From an uncultured Nitrososphaerales archaeon (GTDB taxonomy: Archaea > Thermoproteota > Nitrososphaeria > Nitrososphaerales > Gagatemarchaeaceae): DNA of 64,000 nt. The DNA is taken from assembly GCA_963706445.1 (NCBI GenBank), contig OY970160.1:1280001-1344000 (forward strand). Reading direction: 5' to 3'. Positions 46,378 to 56,496 of this stretch are shown here, piece by piece. Made by a program: the position numbers and the translations under genes. Positions within the stretch are counted from its first letter, which is position 1; every line of letters begins with the position of its first letter. Under the pieces are notes generated by a model. The model worked only from the letters and a program-made list of their open reading frames with translations, had not been told where the DNA came from and ran no database searches.

Positions 46378-48209
46378 CCGGGGCGGTTCCTCAACGGTAA
46401 GGTCTTCTTCAGGTAGGTGTCAAGGATCTCTTCGTTGTTCTCGGCGTGGAAGAAGACAGGGATGTTCTGGGTCGCGGTCGCCTTGAAACTGGTGAGGAGC
46501 CAGTCCCCGTTCTGGAACGCCAGGGTCCGCTCCATGAATGCGTCGTCGATCGCGAAGGTGTCTGAGATGAGCTGGCGGTCGTAGGGCCTGGGCATTGTGG
46601 AGACGAAATAGCTGTGCAGCTGCTGGAGCGCGTTCGTGTTCAGGTGAGCGACCCTCTGGGTGCTGATCCAGCAGTTCAAGTGGTACTTCCGCCCGTGCCT
46701 GAGGAGCCTCTCGACCGCCCGGCTGGACTGGTCTGTGCCGTCCTCCTTCCTTGGGACCTGGGGGATGAACTCCTGGGCCTCGTCGATCACGAAGAGCACC
46801 CTTGGGGAGAGGGTGAAGCTGCGTTTGCGCTTCCTGAATATCTCGTTGATCACGTTGGCCGTCTCGAGCCTTGCGTCCTCGGCTTCGGGGAGGTTGACCA
46901 CGAAGACCCGGGGAGAGGCCTTGTCAAGGGAAAGGACTTCGTCGGCGAGCTTGCTCCAGGTGTAGCCTTCTTCCTCCTCCGGGGTTTCAGGGATCGAGGC
47001 GACGACCGTAGAAAGGCTGTCGAATGTCTTCTTCAGAGAGCTATTCGCGCCGAGGTCCGCGAGTAGGGGCTTGATCCTTTCCAATAGGTCCACCGTCCGC
47101 GGGCTGAACCTCGCCTCGAGCTCGAGCTTGTTCTCTCGGAGGAATTGCTTGATGGTCCCGACTACCTGAGGGACGAGGATCTTCTGCTGGACCGCGCCGT
47201 ATCTGTCGTTCAGGGTGTTGGAGAGTACCTCAATGAGTCCCTCGTAGGTGCTGAACCGAGCGACCTCCTCCTCTCCGGCCAGATGGCTCTGCAGGAACTC
47301 CACCTTTCCGTCCTCGAACAGGCTGGAGATCTTCGGGTAGAACTCCTTCTCCCGAGCGGCGAGGCTTTCGGGGGTGGCGTGGCGCTTGAAGTACTCTGCT
47401 GGGAGGTTCTTGCTGTCCCTGAAAGAGTCGGTGAAGATCACCCTGCTCGGGAGTTCGTTCAGGACGTCGAGGATGTGGATCCCGTACTCGGCTGACAGGT
47501 CGAAGACGACGACCTTGAGGTCTGGGATCGCCCTCAGTGCTTTTCGGATGACCGTGGCTGTCAGGTTGGACTTCCCTGACCCAGTGAAGGCGAACACGCC
47601 CCCCATGTAGTGGATGAGGCTCTCTAGGTTGACCGAGAATGGGATGGAGTCGTCGGTGAATCCGAGGAGGGTGCCGAGGTAGTAGTCATCGGAGTTGCCC
47701 CCGGGGGGTTTGAAGCATATCAGCTGCTGGATCGACTCCTTGCTCAGGAGCTTCACGGGGCTCCCGGTCAGCGGGGCCATGGCCCTACGTTCGTAGGCCA
47801 CCCCTTCATCGGTGGTCTTCATCACATAGCTGATGGGCGCGGCGACAATCTCTATCCATGTACTCTTCGAGCCCTTCTCCCACTCTTTCTGTATGAGCTC
47901 CATGAACTCAGTGCGTATCGCGGCGGGCTGGGACCGGTCGAGGGTCAGCATGGAGTAGTGCATGGGATACACGTCGGCAATCTCATAGAGGGAGTAGGAA
48001 TTTTTCGCTCCAAGAGCCTGGACGTTGGGGATCGCGACAAGCTGACCCATGGCCAACCTCTTGACCACCTTCGGGGTGTACTCGCACTCTATCCGGGCGG
48101 TCCGGAAGGTGACCGTCGAGTTGTCGACTGTGGAACGGGTGGTCGTGGCTATCTCTCTGAGGCGGCCCTTGAATTCGCCGTCGATGTCGTCGAAGGGTAG
48201 CATGGTCAA
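46374..48209 (-). CDS. HerA-like ATPase (DUF87)
   Basis: HAS-like N-terminus, AFTGSGKS, VVFDLSAEY, VIDEAQ, RHGRKY, STQR. Confidence 0.9.
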   Translation of the reverse strand: MTMLPFDDIDGEFKGRLREIATTTRSTVDNSTVTFRTARIECEYTPKVVKRLAMGQLVAIPNVQALGAKNSYSLYEIADVYPMHYSMLTLDRSQPAAIRTEFMELIQKEWEKGSKSTWIEIVAAPISYVMKTTDEGVAYERRAMAPLTGSPVKLLSKESIQQLICFKPPGGNSDDYYLGTLLGFTDDSIPFSVNLESLIHYMGGVFAFTGSGKSNLTATVIRKALRAIPDLKVVVFDLSAEYGIHILDVLNELPSRVIFTDSFRDSKNLPAEYFKRHATPESLAAREKEFYPKISSLFEDGKVEFLQSHLAGEEEVARFSTYEGLIEVLSNTLNDRYGAVQQKILVPQVVGTIKQFLRENKLELEARFSPRTVDLLERIKPLLADLGANSSLKKTFDSLSTVVASIPETPEEEEGYTWSKLADEVLSLDKASPRVFVVNLPEAEDARLETANVINEIFRKRKRSFTLSPRVLFVIDEAQEFIPQVPRKEDGTDQSSRAVERLLRHGRKYHLNCWISTQRVAHLNTNALQQLHSYFVSTMPRPYDRQLISDTFAIDDAFMERTLAFQNGDWLLTSFKATATQNIPVFFHAENNEEILDTYLKKTLPLRNRPG

Positions 48210-50026
48210 GACTTCCTTTTGCCTTCTATTTGACTGCGGTAATCCCTGAACCTACGGGAGAAAAGGACCTGCTGGTCGAGGTCGGACTTCGCCATCTCGA
48301 TCGCCACCGCCCCCAGGTAGGCCTGGCGAGTCTCTTCGAGGATGGACTTTGCCTTCTTGTCTGCGAGGAACAACGGGTAGTTGTGCCCGAGAGCCTCGGG
48401 GACGACCTCCTTCCCCATCTCTGTCAGCAGGGCCATGCAAAGGTTTGTCAGGGGAGAGCCTCGATGGAAATGGAGGACAGGGCTGATCTTTCCATCGACC
48501 GGGCCGTCCTTGTTGTAGAGTAGGACTTCGTCCCAGTGGTCGAAGCCGGGGTACACGGGCCTGTCGTAGGTGAAGACATGGCTCCTTACGCTGGGAGTAG
48601 TAGTGCTGCTCCAAAGCTGGATGTACGTCTTAACGTAGACCCGTTCCTGGTAGATCACGTTCTCGTAGGCGCCGTTGACGCGCGCTTCGCCTTTGCCGAG
48701 GGAGGGGTCGTCGACCGGGGCCGTCGTCCTGAACGCGGCGTCGATGTCAGGCGTATGCCAGGGGGTAGGGATTTCGTCCGAATTGGCGACGCTGTTCGTC
48801 TGAAGCAGCATCTTGTCGCTGTTGAAATTCGGGAACTTGCGGGAAGGATTCCACAGACCTGCGTGCTCTAGCACCGGGATCACAGAGTTCACCAGCTCGA
48901 AGGCGTTCGTGTCCTTTACGAAGCCGATAGGGAGGACCCGTTCCTCCCAGGCGCGCCGGGTGAGGGCGCGGATGAAGACCAGTACAAGGAAATCCAGGTC
49001 GTCCGCCGTGATCCATGCCTGACTCCCGCCCTTCGTGATCCTCAGCGGGTGACCCCCCTTCGGGTCGAAGATGTGCTCCGACACTTGCAAGGCGGCGCTC
49101 AGGACGCGGTCCCAGTACCCGCTGACCTCCACTTTGAGCTTGAACGAAGGGGACGTCGTCTCGAAGATGCCGAACAGCTTGTCCAGTTTCAGGAGGTCTT
49201 CTTCCAGCCTCCCGAGCCACCCCTTGTCCGCCCCTGTTCTGGATATCAGCCCCTCGGTGGTGAGGGCTTCGCCTCCGAAGAGTTCCATGATTGCGGCAAA
49301 CTTCAGGAGCTGGCTCCTCGGGGACGGTTGCGAGAGTTCCTTGTTGGGGAGGAGCATCCTCACGAGTTCGAGGTCGAACGCAGTGACATTGCCCAAGGGG
49401 GTTTCGAACCCCTCCAGGACGCAGAGCTTCGACCTGATGAAGTCCCTGGTGCTCCAGACGAGATGGCCGACGTCCCCGGCCAGCGTCCTGTCGAGTAGGA
49501 CAATCCTCGGCCCCGGAGCCCGGACGATCCCCCTGTATGCAAGATAGTATTCGGCCAGGTGCATCAGGGCGGTGGGAAGACGCTCTGCATCGACCTCTAC
49601 CCCTGATTCCCGCTTCTGCCCGAAGACCTCGGCCGCGTCCTCTTCGGAAAGCGGGACGGCAGCGGAGACCGAGAGATTCCCTTCCATGGCCCTTGGATCG
49701 CTGACCTCGACTCCGGTGGGAGAGAAGGTCATGCTTCCGCCGTAGGCGAAGGCGCCCACGTAGAAGACTAACAGATCCAGCTGCTGGTCGACGGAGTCCG
49801 TGCCGTCGATGGCGAAATAGTCCACAGTGTCAGAGCCGAAGAAGTCCCGGGCAGTCTGGGTCGCCGCATGAAGGTCGACTCCGAATCTGAGAAGGGACCT
49901 GACGTCAGGCCCGCACTCCTTGAGGTCTGCCATCTTGGATTTGAATGAGTTGAGCAAGAATCGAGTCGAAGCCTGGACCTCGGCGATCGCCTTTGATTCG
50001 GCGCTGGTGCTTTCGACCTCGGACAA
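48206..50026 (-). CDS. Long NurA-like nuclease
   Basis: FAIDGT, MHLAEY, LLDRTL, IGFVKD, GHNYPLFLADKKAK; overlaps the herA start. Confidence 0.8.
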   Translation of the reverse strand: MSEVESTSAESKAIAEVQASTRFLLNSFKSKMADLKECGPDVRSLLRFGVDLHAATQTARDFFGSDTVDYFAIDGTDSVDQQLDLLVFYVGAFAYGGSMTFSPTGVEVSDPRAMEGNLSVSAAVPLSEEDAAEVFGQKRESGVEVDAERLPTALMHLAEYYLAYRGIVRAPGPRIVLLDRTLAGDVGHLVWSTRDFIRSKLCVLEGFETPLGNVTAFDLELVRMLLPNKELSQPSPRSQLLKFAAIMELFGGEALTTEGLISRTGADKGWLGRLEEDLLKLDKLFGIFETTSPSFKLKVEVSGYWDRVLSAALQVSEHIFDPKGGHPLRITKGGSQAWITADDLDFLVLVFIRALTRRAWEERVLPIGFVKDTNAFELVNSVIPVLEHAGLWNPSRKFPNFNSDKMLLQTNSVANSDEIPTPWHTPDIDAAFRTTAPVDDPSLGKGEARVNGAYENVIYQERVYVKTYIQLWSSTTTPSVRSHVFTYDRPVYPGFDHWDEVLLYNKDGPVDGKISPVLHFHRGSPLTNLCMALLTEMGKEVVPEALGHNYPLFLADKKAKSILEETRQAYLGAVAIEMAKSDLDQQVLFSRRFRDYRSQIEGKRKS

Positions 50027-50146
50027 TGTCCGAGTCGGCCACCGTTAGGAGTTTAAACTTTGGATTGCTTCACGGCGCCGAGGAGGGTCGTATGTGAAAG
50101 TGTCCGAAGCAACGCTAATTAGGGCGGGGAGGCCCATTGAAGGGGG

Positions 50147-50455
50147 TTGAAGTTCCGCCTCGAGCACAAGCTCCCGAAGAAGCTCAGGTACGCCAAGGTG
50201 TACTTCGAGGCCGGCCCGACTTCGCTGTTGTTCTCCCTCGATGGGACAAGCGCCGATTGGCACGCGAGCATCGGAAGAAGGAAGAAGGTTCGGCTGACGG
50301 ACGCTCAGTACACGAGGCTCCGCACCGAGATTCCAGCCGTGGAGGTCCTCGACGACGACGGGAGGAAGGTGCTGATCCGGAACGCCGCAGGCCACGAGGA
50401 ATTATGGGAGAAGCCAGCCTGGGTGCTTTCACGCGCGCAAAAGCGTCACGAGTGA
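50147..50455 (+). CDS. Hypothetical protein
   Basis: Genome-typical codon usage; fills the intergenic gap. Confidence 0.6.
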   Translation: MKFRLEHKLPKKLRYAKVYFEAGPTSLLFSLDGTSADWHASIGRRKKVRLTDAQYTRLRTEIPAVEVLDDDGRKVLIRNAAGHEELWEKPAWVLSRAQKRHE

Positions 50456-50509
50456 GAGAGGCTGCAGTTCTGTCGCAGTTCAACCCATCAGTAACACGCT
50501 GGGCTAACC

Positions 50510-50818
50510 CTAGTCGTTAAGGAATCTCTTGATGCCCGTCCCGAACATCAGCATCGTCAGCCAGAAACCGACCAGCAGCACCGGAAGCGCGAAGCTGTCG
50601 TAGTCGCCTAGCGCAGCAAGTGCCACTCCGATTATCGTGGCCGCGACGAAGTTCGAGACCCCCCAAAGGACGTTGGTCCGGGGAGAAGATTTCTGCCCGA
50701 ACGGGCTCCTGAATATCTTCCCCGCCGCACCGAATGTGAAGTGGGGGACCCCGTTGCCCAAGAGGAACCCTATGATTAGATACCAGAACAGAAAGAGATC
50801 GAAGGCCATGGGGAGCAC
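50510..50818 (-). CDS. Small membrane protein
   Basis: NGVPHF..G..G..F.SPFG...N..WG motif; three TMs. Confidence 0.75.
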   Translation of the reverse strand: MLPMAFDLFLFWYLIIGFLLGNGVPHFTFGAAGKIFRSPFGQKSSPRTNVLWGVSNFVAATIIGVALAALGDYDSFALPVLLVGFWLTMLMFGTGIKRFLND

Positions 50819-50831
50819 GAGAGTCCAGGCA

Positions 50832-51302
50832 TCAGCCTGTCTCCCTGGACCTCCTGAGGATGGTCATAGCCTCCTCAACGTGCCTGCCTGGGTTAAGCTG
50901 AGAGTTGAAGATGTGCCTCACGGTGCCGTTCGCGTCGATGACATAGGTCACCCTCCCGGGAAAAAGCCCCAAAGATGACGGGACGCCGTAGAGCTTACGC
51001 ACCTTCCCATCCTCGTCGCTGAGAATGGTGAACGGGATTTCGCACTTGGCGGCGAAGTCCCTGTGCGAGTCCACCGAATCTGAGCTCACTCCGATGACCT
51101 CGGCACCCATTTCCTTGAACGCTTCGTAGTGGTCGCGGAACGCCTTGGCTTCGGCTGTGCACCCGGGGGTGTTGTCTTTGGGATAGAAGTAGAGCACAAG
51201 CTCCTTCCGACCGATGTAGTCTGCCAGGTTCACGGTGCCTCCGGACTGCGAAAGGAGGGTGAACTCCGGTGCCCTGTCTCCGACCTTGACGCGTTCAGCC
51301 AA
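50832..51302 (-). CDS. bcp: Peroxiredoxin, BCP/PrxQ family
   Basis: YFYPKDNTPGCTAEA..FRD, GVSSDS. Confidence 0.95.
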   Translation of the reverse strand: MAERVKVGDRAPEFTLLSQSGGTVNLADYIGRKELVLYFYPKDNTPGCTAEAKAFRDHYEAFKEMGAEVIGVSSDSVDSHRDFAAKCEIPFTILSDEDGKVRKLYGVPSSLGLFPGRVTYVIDANGTVRHIFNSQLNPGRHVEEAMTILRRSRETG

Positions 51303-51362
51303 GCTATCAGTTCAACCGCCTGGAGCTGCTTGATTAATTTTCATGGGGGAGGCCGCCGTGCG

Positions 51363-51695
51363 CTAGCCCTTTCTGACCCTGACCACGGCGCCGCCGTCCC
51401 TGCCTATGGCATAGTACACCTTAGGATCCGAAATCCGGAGAATCTTGCTGACGCCGCCAATCTTCGCTTCCGCAACCAGATTATCGTCGCCCTCGATGAC
51501 CACGGAGACCAAGGACCCCTTCCTGACCTTCAGTCTGCCTGCCATCTCCGAATTGAGGTAGACACCTTCCCCCTTGTCGTCGAACTCGAGGTCCACCCTC
51601 CCCTCTTCGTAGGTCGTGGTGCCGATGAAACCATTCTTCGTCAGTGATGAAACGTCCACTACGAAGACGAGCTCGGCCAGGCTGGCTGAGGACAC
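51363..51695 (-). CDS. Hypothetical protein, possible double-psi beta-barrel
   Basis: VYLNSEMAGRLKVRKGSLVSV motif. Confidence 0.55.
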   Translation of the reverse strand: MSSASLAELVFVVDVSSLTKNGFIGTTTYEEGRVDLEFDDKGEGVYLNSEMAGRLKVRKGSLVSVVIEGDDNLVAEAKIGGVSKILRISDPKVYYAIGRDGGAVVRVRKG

Positions 51696-51696
51696 G

Positions 51697-51993
51697 CTAT
51701 GCTAGCTCCTTTTCTGGACCTTCATCTTCAGGGAGATCGATCGGCATCTCTTCCTCTATGATCTTCTCGCCCTGCTCCCCCGCTAAATCTTCGATCGGGT
51801 ACCAGTGATTATGTCCGTCAAGCTTCTGCATCTCCACTTCGCAGAACCCTATCAGCGTCCGTCCCGTCATCACTCCGGCCCGGGCACCGTCGTTGACGGC
51901 TACCTTCTGAACGGAGACCGACTCGTCCCCAAAAATGGCCTCTCGCTGCGCACTGACGAATACCTTGAGCCCCTTCGATGGTTTCAGTTCCAT
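51697..51993 (-). CDS. Hypothetical protein with acidic tail
   Basis: tttaat TATA-like element upstream; 1 bp from the next gene. Confidence 0.65.
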   Translation of the reverse strand: MELKPSKGLKVFVSAQREAIFGDESVSVQKVAVNDGARAGVMTGRTLIGFCEVEMQKLDGHNHWYPIEDLAGEQGEKIIEEEMPIDLPEDEGPEKELA

Positions 51994-52019
51994 CGAGCAA
52001 GACGGGCCTCGCCCGATAA

Positions 52020-52355
52020 TTAAAGGCTCAGGCTTTGGATGTCGCGTAGAATTTTTCTTGTTTCCGTTGCTAGGTCTTCGAGTTTCGTGGGCTCCTTCCG
52101 CTTGAGCGCATAGGAGGTCGCTAACAGAGCGACCCCCGGCACCGCGGTGATGGGGTCAGGAGTCCCGACGATCAATGCGATCCCGGCCTTCTTCAGCGTG
52201 GAGCTCGGTGAATTCGGCTTAGATACGTTGTTGACATGCCTAACCAGATGTGAGGTCTTCGTGCTTTCCGCCACCTGGGTCTTCGAGTCGTTCAGTCTTG
52301 AGAGTGATTCGGCTACGGAGCGGACTATGTGCTTCTCTTCCATCGGACATCCCAT
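52020..52355 (-). CDS. Hypothetical protein
   Basis: LKKAGIALIVGTPDPITAVPGVAL hydrophobic hairpin. Confidence 0.65.
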   Translation of the reverse strand: MGCPMEEKHIVRSVAESLSRLNDSKTQVAESTKTSHLVRHVNNVSKPNSPSSTLKKAGIALIVGTPDPITAVPGVALLATSYALKRKEPTKLEDLATETRKILRDIQSLSL

Positions 52356-52443
52356 GGGTCCGCGACGTTTAGGTTAATGGCCGGAGTCAAAGGTAGTTGC
52401 CTCTTCGCTAAGTAAATATGAAGGCCGTATCGAGTTTCATGTT

Positions 52444-52761
52444 ATGCCGAAGCGCCTTACCGACGGAGAAATCTCGAAGCGGCTCAAATCGCTCAAAGGC
52501 TGGAGCCATAAGGGGCGATTCATCACCAAGACCTTCGAGTTCGACGAATTCATGGAAGGCATCGCCTTCATCAGGAGGGTGGCCCGGGTCGCGGAGGCTC
52601 AGGAGCATCACCCTGACATTCATGTCAGGTACACGTCGATAACCCTCTCAGTGCAGACCCATTCGGAAGGAGGGGTGACGGAGTGGGACTTCGATCTCGC
52701 AAAGACCATCGAGAAGATGCTGAATGATTCCAGGAGATCCTCCCATGGCAAGCGCGGATAG
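52444..52761 (+). CDS. Pterin-4a-carbinolamine dehydratase
   Basis: AE..EHHPDI, THSEGGVT..D..LA. Confidence 0.92.
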   Translation: MPKRLTDGEISKRLKSLKGWSHKGRFITKTFEFDEFMEGIAFIRRVARVAEAQEHHPDIHVRYTSITLSVQTHSEGGVTEWDFDLAKTIEKMLNDSRRSSHGKRG

Positions 52762-54655
52762 AAGGCTCGCCGCCATCATGTTCACCGATGTCGTGGGCTA
52801 CACCAGGATGTCGCAGGCGAGGGAGTCCCTCGCCCTGGAACTCCTTGAGGAGCACCGAAGAATCGTCCGACCTCTCCTTGGAAAGCATGGCGGGATTGAG
52901 GTCAAGACAATCGGAGATGCTTTTCTGGTCGAGTTCAAGAGCGCCTTGGACGCAGTCCTTTGTGCGGTGGAGATCCAAAACGCGATGGCTGCGCGCAATT
53001 CGAATGCCCCACAGGAGAGGAAGATCGAGGCCAGGATAGGAATCCACCTTGGAGATGTAGTGCACGAATCGCAGGATGTCTACGGAGACGCAGTAAACCT
53101 CGCGTCTCGTATCGAACAGCTATCCCGACCTGGGGGAGTCTGCATCACCAGGCAGGTGTACGATAGCATACGGAATAAGTCGGACATTGGATTCGTCGAG
53201 ATGGGAGAGGTAGAGCTAAAGAACGTCGAACTTCCCATGAAGGTCTACAGGGTAGAAATGGAGAGGAACTCGTCCAGAGCCAGCGGTTCTCAGGCCCCGA
53301 GGGAAAGGTTGGCCGTCCTGCCGTTCGTCAACATAAGCCCCGACCCCAATGATGAATACTTCGCTGATGGCCTTACTGAAGAGTTGATCACGAAGCTGTC
53401 GGAGGTCAAGGGGCTGAAGGTCATCGCTCGGACTTCCGTGATGAACTACAAGAAGAAAGAGAAGAACGTGTCTCAGATCGGGCGCGAGCTCGAGGTCGGC
53501 TCCATAATCGAGGGGAGCGTCAGGAAGGCTGGCAACAAAATCCGCGTGACCGTCCAGCTCATAGATTCACGGACCGAAGAGCACCTATGGGCTTCGAATT
53601 ATGACAGCCAGCTGGACGACATCTTTGCAATTCAGAGCGACGTCGCGGCCAGGGTTGCCAACTCTGTATCGGTGGGATTCTTTCCGGCCAAGCGTACCGA
53701 CACCGAAGATGTCGATGCCTACACCATGTACATCAAGGCGACTCAGCTCACTCACTCAGGGGGGAGAACTCCGTTGAAGGAGGCAGTCGTCCTATTCGAC
53801 AAGGCCATCGAGAGAGACCATAACTTCGTCAGGGCATACGCTGGTCTTAGCGGGGCCTGGCTCAGATTGGCCACGGGGGGATACGAAAACTACGACGTGG
53901 TAACGCTCAGAGCAGAACCCGCGGCCAGGAAGGCCCTTGAGCTCGACCCGGGCTCCGCCGAGGCCCATGCGGCAATGGCAGGCGTGTGCAACGTCCTCGA
54001 CAGGTTCGACCAGGTCCTCGTCGAAGCCGAACAGGCAATAAAGACAAACCCAAACCTCGCCGACGCGTATCATTCCATCGGAATCTACTATGCTAGCATG
54101 GGAAAGTTTCCGCAATCGTTAGCGGCCTTCGAGAAAGCGCTTGAGCTGGACCCCCTTGCTGTCTTTACTGCGGACCTCGCGGCCAGGACTGCTCGTGTGG
54201 CAGGAAAGGTGGAGTGGGCTCTGGCGACTCTAGAGAAGATGGACACGCTGACCCCCATGAACCCAAGAATAATCAACGGGCTCGCAGAGATTTGCATGGT
54301 GAGGGGGGACTTCGCCATGGCGCAGGAGCTTATCACAAAAGGCCTTGGAATTAGCCCCACCGAACCTCTGTTGAGGCTGAATCAAGGGCTTGTCTATGCC
54401 CTCACGGGAAGAAGGGAGGAGGCTGAAAGATCGATGAAAGAGATAATGACTGACAATAGCGAAGCCGTTCGCATCTACGGGCAGCTCTTCATTCAATCTG
54501 CCTTGGGCAATCTCGACGAGGCGTTCAGGGCGTTAGACAGGGCAGCTGAACTCCATTCTTGGCCGTACCTCATAGCATCGCTTCCCATATTCGCGGAGCT
54601 TCGGAAGGACTCTCGATACTCGCGCTTCGCCTCAAAGATGGGGCTCCCTACGTAG
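52745..54655 (+). CDS. Class III adenylate cyclase with TolB-N-like and TPR domains
   Basis: FTDVVGYT, KTIGDA, RIGIHLGD, YGDAVNLASR; LAVLPF.N...YFADG; TPR repeats. Confidence 0.92.
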   Translation: MASADRRLAAIMFTDVVGYTRMSQARESLALELLEEHRRIVRPLLGKHGGIEVKTIGDAFLVEFKSALDAVLCAVEIQNAMAARNSNAPQERKIEARIGIHLGDVVHESQDVYGDAVNLASRIEQLSRPGGVCITRQVYDSIRNKSDIGFVEMGEVELKNVELPMKVYRVEMERNSSRASGSQAPRERLAVLPFVNISPDPNDEYFADGLTEELITKLSEVKGLKVIARTSVMNYKKKEKNVSQIGRELEVGSIIEGSVRKAGNKIRVTVQLIDSRTEEHLWASNYDSQLDDIFAIQSDVAARVANSVSVGFFPAKRTDTEDVDAYTMYIKATQLTHSGGRTPLKEAVVLFDKAIERDHNFVRAYAGLSGAWLRLATGGYENYDVVTLRAEPAARKALELDPGSAEAHAAMAGVCNVLDRFDQVLVEAEQAIKTNPNLADAYHSIGIYYASMGKFPQSLAAFEKALELDPLAVFTADLAARTARVAGKVEWALATLEKMDTLTPMNPRIINGLAEICMVRGDFAMAQELITKGLGISPTEPLLRLNQGLVYALTGRREEAERSMKEIMTDNSEAVRIYGQLFIQSALGNLDEAFRALDRAAELHSWPYLIASLPIFAELRKDSRYSRFASKMGLPT

Positions 54656-54718
54656 AGGGCAACTCTCCGCGCAAAACTCATATACCCCAATTGGTTGTAT
54701 ACCGTTTAGTGATATAAC

Positions 54719-56389
54719 GTGTCTGCAACCGCATATCCAGCTATGACGTCGTCCGGACAACCCGTCCTCATCCTGAAGGAAGGGTCTAGCCAGAACAGGG
54801 GCAAAGAGGCCCAGAGAAACAACATTGCAGCTGCGAAGCTGATATCGGAGATTGTGAAGAGCTCCCTCGGCCCACGGGGCATGGACAAGATGCTCGTCGA
54901 CTCGTTGGGGGACGTCACCATTACAAACGACGGAGCGACCATGCTGAAGGAGATAGACGTCCAGCACCCGGCCGCCAAGATGCTTGTCGAGGTGTCGAAG
55001 ACCACGGACAACGAGGTGGGGGACGGGACGACCTCGGCCGTGGTACTCGCGGGCGCCCTGCTCGAGAAGGCAGAAGAGCTCCTCGACAAGGACGTACACC
55101 CGACAGTTATCGTAGACGGTTATTCGAAGGCCGCAAGGAAGGCTATAGAGACATTGGAAGACATCGCAGAGAAGGTCAGCCCTGACAACAAGGAATGGCT
55201 GGTGAAGGTCGCACGGACGAGCATGCAGACGAAGCTCGTTTCCCGGGAGGCCGAGGAACTCGCCGAGCTCGTTGTCGACGCGACACTCGCAGTGGCAGAG
55301 AAGGCTGACAAGGGCTACAGGGTTGACATCGACAACGTGAAAGTGGAGAAGAAGCCCGGAGGCTCCCTGAAGGATACCACCCTGATTCAAGGCATAGTCC
55401 TGGACAAGGAAGTCGTCCACTCTGGGATGCCAAAGTTGGTAGAGAAGGCGAAGATCGCACTTATCAGCGCCCCCTTCGAAATCGAGAAGACCGAGTTCGA
55501 CGCCAAGCTGAACATCAACGACCCGTCCATGATGAAGAAGTTCCTGGACGAGGAGACCAAGATGTTGAAGGGGATGGTCGACAAGATAGGAGAGGTCGGA
55601 GCCACCGTTGTCGTCTGCCAGAAGGGCATAGACGACATCGCTCAGCACTACCTGTCGAAGGCTGGAATCCTGTCGGTCCGCAGGGCCAAGGAGTCTGACA
55701 TGACCAAGCTCGCAAAGGCGACAGGCGCGAGGGTGGTCAACAACTTCGAGGACCTTTCCACCTCTGACCTGGGCTATGCCGCCCACGTCGAAGAGAGGAA
55801 GGTCGAGGAGGACAAGTGGGTCTTCATCGAAGGGTGCAAGAACCCGAAGGCTGTCACCATCCTCGTGAGGGGAGGGACGCAGCGCATCGTTGACGAAGGC
55901 GAGAGGTCGCTGCACGACGCCCTTATGGTGACGAAGGACGTGATAGAGAAGCCAGCAGTAGTCGCGGGAGGGGGAGCGGCCGAAGCTGAAGCGGCGGCTC
56001 AGGTCCTGAAGTGGGCCGATAAGCTGTCCGGCAGAGAGCAGCTGGCGGCGCAGAAGTTCGCCGAGGCGCTCGAATCCATACCCATCGCGCTCGCCTTGAA
56101 CGCAGGCATGGACCCCATCGACGCCCAGGTGGAGTTCAGAGCAAAGCATGCCACCGAGAGCGGGAAGTGGTTTGGAATCGAGGCAGCTGACGGCAAGGTC
56201 AAGGACATGTATCAGCGCCAGGTCTTTGAGCCGCTGGCCGTGAAGATACAGGTCATCAGATCGGCCACCGAGGCCGCATCAATGATACTGAGGATCGACG
56301 ACGTCATCGCCGCAGGGAAATCGAAGGCGCCTGCCGGGCCGCCCGGAGGGGGAGGCATGGGCGGCGAAGGCGGCGGAGACTTCGACTAG
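54719..56389 (+). CDS. ths: Thermosome (group II chaperonin) subunit
   Basis: LGPRGMDKML, TNDGAT, GDGTTS, ILRIDD, GGM tail. Confidence 0.98.
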   Translation: MSATAYPAMTSSGQPVLILKEGSSQNRGKEAQRNNIAAAKLISEIVKSSLGPRGMDKMLVDSLGDVTITNDGATMLKEIDVQHPAAKMLVEVSKTTDNEVGDGTTSAVVLAGALLEKAEELLDKDVHPTVIVDGYSKAARKAIETLEDIAEKVSPDNKEWLVKVARTSMQTKLVSREAEELAELVVDATLAVAEKADKGYRVDIDNVKVEKKPGGSLKDTTLIQGIVLDKEVVHSGMPKLVEKAKIALISAPFEIEKTEFDAKLNINDPSMMKKFLDEETKMLKGMVDKIGEVGATVVVCQKGIDDIAQHYLSKAGILSVRRAKESDMTKLAKATGARVVNNFEDLSTSDLGYAAHVEERKVEEDKWVFIEGCKNPKAVTILVRGGTQRIVDEGERSLHDALMVTKDVIEKPAVVAGGGAAEAEAAAQVLKWADKLSGREQLAAQKFAEALESIPIALALNAGMDPIDAQVEFRAKHATESGKWFGIEAADGKVKDMYQRQVFEPLAVKIQVIRSATEAASMILRIDDVIAAGKSKAPAGPPGGGGMGGEGGGDFD

Positions 56390-56496
56390 AGCCTGCATCA
56401 TTACACAGAATCTGACCCGGCTGCGATCACCTCTGCTGGAGGAGATCCCATGTATGGCTCCAATTGTTATATACGCTCAGGAGGGTTTCGCGAGCT

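Noticed and set aside
54632-56149. 505-aa minus-strand ORF
   Set aside because: Antisense shadow of the thermosome gene, expected at high GC3.
54680-56474. Shared ccaattg-ttrtatac motif upstream of the thermosome and TetR genes
   Set aside because: Overlaps likely BRE/TATA elements; too short to call an operator.
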